From Basidiobolus meristosporus CBS 931.73 (Eukaryota > Fungi > Basidiobolomycota), in the NCBI GenBank assembly GCA_002104905.1, contig MCFE01000567.1, forward strand, positions 1-57,221: 57,221 bases of DNA, written 5' to 3'. The notes beneath the pieces were generated by a model. It had not been told where the DNA came from. It was given only the letters and a program-made list of their open reading frames with translations, and ran no database searches. Each line of letters opens with the position of its first letter. Position 1 is the first letter of the stretch. The position numbers and the translations under genes are program-made. Positions 50,648 to 57,221 of this stretch are shown one piece after another.

Positions 50648-51365
50648 AAGAACCAGGTGGAATTACAAACTCTTACAACAAGAACAACTAGATTAGCTGG
50701 TTTTCACCTAATAATCTATTGAGTGTAAAAGTAATGTCTATACTTTTACATAAACCTGGCAAAAATAGCCCATAGAATATGCTTAGGAAGGTACCAAAAG
50801 CATATGAGCAAAGTTTGGAGCTGTTTGGACAACCTTAAGAAATCATGTGTTCTAGGTGCCTGACATTTGTTGTGATTATCATGTTGTCACCTAGATATTC
50901 ATACTAACTTACTCACATAGATCTTATTCTGTGATTAGCATTCTGTCCTGACCAGACTTCTTGTTGGGACCTGGAATATTTTCAGCAAATTATCAGGTAC
51001 CCAGATTATGACCTTTCTCAAGGTTATCCAAAAGACCCCAAGCTTTGCACACATATTCTTGGGACCTTGCTAAGCATATGCTATGTGCTGTTTTTGCCAA
51101 GACTATGTTAAAGTATAAACATTACTTTTACATTCAATAAATTATCACGTGAAAACCAGCTAATCTAGTTATTCTTGTTGTAAAAGTTTGTAATTCCACC
51201 TAAATATTCACCCAAGTCACTTGGATCATTACCCACAAATCTGATAGAATTCTGACCAAACTCCTTGTTGGGATTTACTTGGAATATCTTCATCAAAACA
51301 TTAGATACCCAGCACATGAAAATTCTCAAGGTTGTCCAAGCAGCCCCAAACTTTGCCCACATGCC
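50648..51365. repeat. Cluster of diverged copia-A-like LTR units (inverted 50648-50870; tandem 50882-51175 and 51176-51365)
   Basis: Recognisable LTR motifs (CCACCTAAATATTCACC, GGTTGTCCAA, ACTTTTACATTCAATAAA) in both orientations. Confidence 0.75.
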
Positions 51366-52118
51366 CTAAGGAGGATCGATAACCAGAGCTGGGGTCCTCA
51401 GGGAGCGGGATAAAGCAGAAATAATGCCATGAGGATCATTATACGTGTGGAGGGATAGATTACGCATGGGCATCCATCGAGCGGTTTCGTGATAAGAGCA
51501 GAAGATTGAATATTGTTATGGATTGGTATAGAATGTTGGTGCCAAACACCCCCCCCCTCCAAGGTTTTGTGGCAACTGACATTAGGTTTGGGTGCGATTG
51601 AGGAAGTGTGGGCATGGTATTGAATATATTACGGAAGGGCATGGTGCAGCGAGCACAGAGGTTTGAGTGATTGGCCAAATCTGCGGAGTTGAAGAATCAT
51701 CTAAAATTATGAAATTCGCTGGCATATTGTACGATCGGCCGGGCACACCCTCCGATGTTGTTGGCAACACTCTGGACCTTCGAAACCGAACCCATGGCAA
51801 TCTCGGAGGCTACCAGAGCCATGAGGTCGGGAAGGCAGCCAAGGTTTGGAAGCGACGGGGATCCTCAATAATAGTACAACTTTATAGTGGTTTCTGAATA
51901 CATAAGGTGAGCTAGACTTGCAAGTTAGAGATAGACTGGATAGTGTCACATAAAATACATTTTTCATGATCAAAAACTAAACGTAGGCGTGGGAGTGGGC
52001 GTGGGAGTGAGAGTGGTGGAGGTGAGGTACGGTGAGGTTCGGTTGGGTGCGGTGCGGTGAAGAATCACTAAAAAATTGGATATAAAACACGAAATGAAAG
52101 GGATTCCATCGGTGAGAT

Positions 52119-54801
52119 TCAGTAGAATGGATAGCGCATGTTGTTGACCTTCATGGGATGCTTGTAGTCTGCTCGGATCCCCTGATACCCGGAGTGGTTC
52201 ATCGGGACCGAAGTTGGCGGGGGGTAGGCGCCGTTCGAGTGGCTCGGCTCCCTCAGAAGCTTCCCTTGGATCCGCTTGCCGTAGGGGGTGTTCTTGATGA
52301 AGGGGATCATGGGCTTGATGCACTCGACCAACTGGGTTCGTTGCACCGGATCCGCGTAATCGAGCGCCGTCTGAACCACGTAGTTGGCGAACGAGTCTCG
52401 GAGCAGCTTTTCCAACTGCTCCGGGTTCAGGAGCTCCTCGATCAAGCCTTTGCGGGTCTCGGGGTCGGCGACTCGGATGCACTTCTCGATCACGTTCGAG
52501 CTGAACTTCTGCACCGAGAGAACACACACGCTGCCCCAGAAGGTTCGGATCAAGGGGCTGGAGAACTGCTCCTCCCCCAGGTCCAGCACGTACTGGACCA
52601 CGTAGTTGCCAAAGGGGTCCTGCACAAGCTGTAACCCATTGGCCGTGATCTCGTTGATCAGCTGGGCCTTCTGGGCGGGGGAAGCGTAGTCGATACACCT
52701 CTGGAACACGCAGCACCCGTGACGATGTGAGGCCACCTCGACGCAATGGCGGCTCACGGCGTCGTAGATGAACTGTTTGTTCTCCGGCAGCATGGAGTTC
52801 AGGCACTTCTGGATCACATGATTCCCGTTGAGGTCCTTGATCAAGGGGACAACGCTCGGGGTCAGCGCAGCTATGACCAGCTGGATCTGCGTGGGGTTCG
52901 ACAGGAACTCGATCAGCTTCTGGGCCGCGCGTGTTCCATGCATGTTTAGCGAGATGTTCACCAGCTCGGGTGCCACCTTGCCAACGAGGACGGTCCTCTG
53001 CTCGTCGCTGGAGTACTCGAGCAGTTTCTGGCACAGGTAGTTCCCGAATGGGTCGGTCATGAGATCCACGAAATACCCGTTCACCTCGTCGAAGATCAGG
53101 TCGGTGTACGCCGGGTTCTGCTCCTCGAGTTTCTTCTGCAGGTAGCGGCACCCATGCTGGTCCCGGCACAACCCATGGACCTCCCCCATAAGGCTCTCCA
53201 GGCTGACCCCTTGGAACCGGCTCATCAGCTCGACATCGTTGGCGGATTTTTTGTGGCCCCCCTTGTTGGAGGATGGCTTGCCGTTCTTTCCGACCGCCTG
53301 GCCTGCCTTGGAGTAACCGTAACCGCTGTGGTGGTTGTTGATGGCCAGGCTCGCTGCCCCAAACTCTCCCTTGTAATGGCCCTCGTGGTAGCTGCCACCG
53401 CGCACCAACTTGGGCACCAGGTGACTGGGCTCCATGTCGTGACCGAAAGCCGACTGTTTGCGCATCCCTGGCCCCTGCTTCAGGTATTGGTGGCGGACGT
53501 CGTGTTCGTCTAGAACTGAGTAGCCATCGTCAAAGAAATCCGGAGTAAACAGGTTGTGACTCCGGGTCGAGCTGGGCACAGAGATCAAGTCGTTGTATGC
53601 GGTTAGATTCCCTCGGATGGGCTGGCTGTTCACCCTTCCAGAGGAAACAAAAGCTCCCCAATCGGCTCCGTGGACATCCTCAGACACCGCCAATGGATGG
53701 GGGACACCCGAGAATGAGGAAGTGGTGGAAAGCTACATCAGAGAGACAGTCAGGTTAGACTATGTGTGGAGGGAATCAGCTGCGCGTAGACGCTTACCTT
53801 GGCTGGGAATCTGTCCGCCTCATTGTGCATACGAGGGTTTCTATGGGCAAAAGCACCGCCTAAAAATCAGGTTAGAATCCGTTCGAAGTGGCCAGGTGAA
53901 CTTCTTGCCGTACCTTGATGAATGAAATTGCTGTCAAAGACGGACGCCAACCCACTGTGCCCATTCAGATTGGAATGCAAATCGTTGGTGGTGCTGTTGT
54001 ACAGAATCTTGCTATCGTTCAGGTAGGATGCTCTGTTTAATGGACCGGTTAGACCTTGGGGTGCTGTGGAAGTGGCTCGCTGGATGGAAACTAACTCTTT
54101 TAGCTGATGCGGGTTCTCCTCGAGGTTGAGCTTATCGAAGCTTTCCCAAATATTAGTATCATCGCTGGGGAAACGCTTGTACAGGGTGTGGCTGCGAGTA
54201 GGCCCTTCAGCGCCCTGAGGGTCCATACCACGTCTATGCGAGAGTCCAGCATACTGCTCAGAGAAATCCGACTCCTGTGCCAGCATCTCGTTGTTGAAAG
54301 TAGATGGCATAGTATTGGCACGGTGTCTATTCTCAAGAAACACCGCCTTAGGTGGGGGAAGGTCAGATTGCAGCCTAGGAATACCAAAGTAGGACTACGT
54401 TTCATTAAACTAGATGCTCACAGAAGAGTAAGCGAAAGGGGAGTGTAGGTTACCTGTCGGGTAGCATCCTCGACCGGGCTGTCGAAGACGGTCCCGCGAC
54501 GATCGTACGGGGTCGCTTGGAAGATCTCCTCGTTGGGACTGAAGGGGCTTTCGCGAAGGAAGTCGATCGAGGGATTGTTCGGATTGGGAGGCAAATCCTC
54601 CCGCGGGGAGAGCAACCTTTCACGCGAATTGGGCCGCTTTACGCGAACATCCAAAACCTCACCAGGCGTAAAATCGGTATGCCGCTGAAGCAGGCCATCG
54701 CTCACTTTTAGGCTGAGAATGCCGGGCTTTCTTTTCGAAGCCTCATCAAGAGCGCTTTGGTCAGGCCCGCTTGAATCGAGGACAGTGCGTTCTTTCGACA
54801 T
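52119..54801 (-). CDS. Pumilio/PUF RNA-binding protein, Puf4/Mpt5-like; predicted exons 54801-54454, 54394-53914, 53859-53798, 53732-52119 (834 aa)
   Basis: Eight PUF repeats (CRDQHGCRYLQKK, DPFGNYLCQK, NMHGTRAAQK, DLNGNHVIQK, HRHGCCVFQR, DPFGNYVVQY, QKFSSNVIEK, DSFANYVVQT). Three GT-AG introns join in frame; two have CTAAC branch sites. Confidence 0.9.
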
Positions 54802-55644
54802 GGATTGTCAGCTTTCTAGGAAACCCTGGGCGTACTTGTCGGGGTAATGTACAGTACTATGAGGAAGTCAAAAACATCCCATTAAAATCGGGCCAAACAG
54901 AAGAAAACGTCGACAGGGCAGAAAAGAGCCGCCAGCACTACGTGCGCCCAGATCTGAGAGTGGGGAATACTTACGTGGAAAGAGAAACCGGTGGTCTGTG
55001 GAGTTGGGTAAATAGAATATCGAGGTTGCCGACAGATATTAGAGAAAATATAGTATACAAAGTGGAATTCTAACGACAGAGAGAACAAGCTCACCAAAGC
55101 AAGGATTTTGGTCAAATTAAGAAATTACGAAAAAGACAAAAACAAGATGGTGGTATTTGTGCAATTGTAAGTGGGTGTTGGGTCTCTGGGTAATTGGCGC
55201 GATTCCGATGGATTTGCCCATCAATTTGGCCATCCTTGGACAATCCCATGTTATTCCTCAGAAATCATCGGATGGATTTGGGGTTGGGTGGTACAAGCCA
55301 GACGGACTGGTAAACAAATGGAATTGCGCATCCAGCGGGACGCGATCTTGACTCGCGCAACAAATCTCCATCCTCAAAATGGACTTACCATATGCGGCCT
55401 GGGTGTGCTGGATCAGGCATGTGCGTTCCCAGCAGAAACCATGTTCCGAGTGAGACGAGGAGTGGCAAATGGCGATCGCCGAAACACAGTGAACAGGAAC
55501 ACATGTTGGATTAAGATTCATTTTAATGAAATTGAGGTTTGGTGAGAATGCTGGAAGACCGTCAAGAGCAATGTAAAGTGGGATTTCTACAGGAAAGGGT
55601 AAGGGTGTGGCATGGTCATGGTCATGGGAGTAGAAAGAAGGCAT

Positions 55645-56395
55645 CTATCCGATGATGAGCTGGTTGCCATCGATAGTATATTCAGGGATTTCCAAGTTAA
55701 GAGGGGCGGGTCCCTTTCTAATACGTCCAGAGATGTCGTAGTGGGAGCCGTGGCAAGGGCAATACCAGCCTCCGTAGTCTCCGGCCTCACCAATGGGCAC
55801 ACAGCCCAAATGGGTGCAGATACCAAGCATGATCATCCACTCGGGCTGTTTGGCACGCTCGGAATCTTGTTGGGGGTCTCTGAGTTCAGACACGTTCACC
55901 GAGTTGGCTTCGTTGATCTCAGCTGGGGTTCTGTGACGGATGAACACTGGCTTACCACGCCATTTGACGACGACGTTCTTGCCTTCGGGAATGTTGGCCA
56001 AATCAACCTCGACCTTGGCAAGAGCCAAGACATCAGCGGAGGCGCTGAGATTGGTGAGGAAGTCATATACGGTGGCCTTGGCCATCACGGCAGTGGCTAG
56101 ACCGGTGGTTCCCACCATGAAATAACTGAAGGCTCTGCCAGAATCTTCACCAGAGTTCTCTTTCTTGTAAGCAGAGAAGTCGGGGACCACGGTGGAGTTA
56201 CGGGAGTAGGAGGTGTGGCGCTGTTGGTAACCTAGGGAGATGCACCAGGAGTTGAGCGAAAAGAACAGAGATGGGGATGGTTGTCGTGGTCTTACCGAAA
56301 GCCTCCTTCCTGACGATGGAGGAGCAGATGGGTTTCAGAGCAGCGGAAGCCTGAAGGGAACGCTTCGCCAAGGCAGAAGTAATCAAAGAAGCCAT
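55645..56395 (-). CDS. RIP1: Ubiquinol-cytochrome c reductase Rieske iron-sulfur subunit; exons 56395-56296 and 56231-55645 (228 aa)
   Basis: CTHLGCVP and CPCHGSHYD Rieske boxes, N-terminal mitochondrial presequence, GT-AG intron in frame. Confidence 0.97.
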
Positions 56396-56903
56396 CACTA
56401 AGGGTTGGGAAAACTAACGAGACAAAGGTAAGGGAAACCTCGGGGTTAGGACAATCAAACTGAGCTAGAGGTTTTCAGAAAATCCAAATACCAAAAATGG
56501 CTTTCACTGCGGGAAAGAATTTGCTACTGAGGTTGGCTCAAATTTCTCCTATTTCACAACGACCCACTCAGCATGTTGGGCCCCCACATCCCCGATCTTT
56601 TTTCACCCAGAATTTATTACTGGTCGTGGTGAAGCCCCAAACAAGTCACAAAGATTAGTGGCCCTTCCCCAAATTATATTACCACCCCGCTGCAAGCCTA
56701 GACTCGAATTTGGGCCCCCAAATCTTGATTTTCCACAAGAGGTTTAGACGATCGAGTTAACCAGGGAATTATGCTTGGTTGTCAAATGCCAAAGATCTAC
56801 AAATCCCAAGTTACACGGCATCATGAAAATTTTGAATGGATGAGAGAGCAAACATGTTCGGTCGCTAATATTAAGCTGGAGATTGGAGTGACACTGGGCA
56901 ACC
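56396..56903. promoter_or_regulatory. Bidirectional promoter region between RIP1 and RRF1
   Basis: 508 bp between divergent start codons; no specific motif assigned. Confidence 0.55.
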
Positions 56904-57207
56904 ATGTCTTTCTTGAGCAGTGCCCTTAGACCACTTACCCCCGCCACCGCTCGCTTCGTGTCGGGCCGAGTGGGCGTTTCCCTACTAACACACCATACCA
57001 ACTCGCTCCACCTTGAATATCAACAGCAGCGTGGCTATGCCAAGAAGAAGGGTGGGAAAGGCAAGAAGGGCGAGGAGCAAGAATCGGCCTCGGACGCCCC
57101 CGCCGCTCCTGAGTTCGATTTGTCCAAGTTTGAAGCCAAATTTGCTGATAGTGTCGAGGCGTTGAAGAGAGAATTCAACTCCATGCGTATTGGAAGAGCG
57201 AATCCTG
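56904..57207 (+). CDS. RRF1: Mitochondrial ribosome recycling factor, first exon (partial; gene runs off the window)
   Basis: Presequence plus RGYAKKKGGKGKK and ALKREFNSMRIGRANP, matching the RRF N-terminus; probable donor GT at 57208. Confidence 0.8.
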
Positions 57208-57221
57208 GTACATAGTGTTGG

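Noticed and set aside
51667-51897. Small ORF (MKFAGIL…) at the TE/gene border
   Set aside because: No convincing splice model, signal peptide or homology visible; it cannot be supported without RNA data.
51985-52060. G/T-rich repeats (GTGGGA, CGGTG) resembling telomeric or G-quadruplex sequence
   Set aside because: Short, irregular low-complexity tract in a 3' UTR with no constant repeat unit.
51970-53169. 399-aa minus-strand ORF
   Set aside because: Alternative frame overlapping the Pumilio CDS; long frames are expected in GC3-rich coding DNA and it has no recognisable domain.
52158-53513. Plus-strand ORFs 52158-52634, 52384-52605, 52746-52949, 52828-53040 and 53154-53513
   Set aside because: Antisense shadows of the Pumilio gene.
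55584-55593. Puf3-type element in the RIP1 3' UTR (CCTGTAGAAA on the minus strand)
   Set aside because: Does not match UGUANAUA at the final positions.
54802-55640. Short ORFs between the Pumilio start and the RIP1 end
   Set aside because: No recognisable motifs; compatible with promoter and UTR sequence.
55612-56125. Plus-strand ORFs 55612-56100 and 55940-56125
   Set aside because: Antisense shadows of RIP1.

Overview
Eukaryotic (fungal, probably early-diverging; inferred from protein similarity and ~55-65 nt introns) genomic window. Positions 1 to ~51,365 are an almost CpG-free nest of transposable elements: Ty1/copia and Ty3/gypsy LTR retrotransposons, CACTA/EnSpm-type DNA transposons and MITEs. 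Most are decayed, and several nesting junctions can be resolved by target-site duplications (TSDs). This region switches abruptly to a CpG-rich gene island carrying a spliced Puf4/Mpt5-like Pumilio gene, the Rieske Fe-S gene RIP1 and, divergently, the start of the mitochondrial ribosome recycling factor. The most striking element is an intact 3,441-bp PIF/Harbinger-ISL2EU (PHIS)-type DNA transposon at 23867-27307. It has 15-bp TIRs, an AAT TSD and two divergent open ORFs. One is a DDE transposase with a single CpG in 885 nt (all 27 Arg codons AGR). The other is an unassignable 423-aa ORF with a CpG-dense core containing a repeated CGCGTTGAC motif that recurs in the shared promoter. A family of ~730-bp fold-back MITEs shares this element's right terminus. 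Also present are a near-intact young copia element (350-bp LTRs, 3 mismatches, CTTAT TSD, half-tRNA PBS) and an RT-less gypsy element hit by a solo LTR of its own family. Coordinates of decayed relics are approximate, and no database search could be run.
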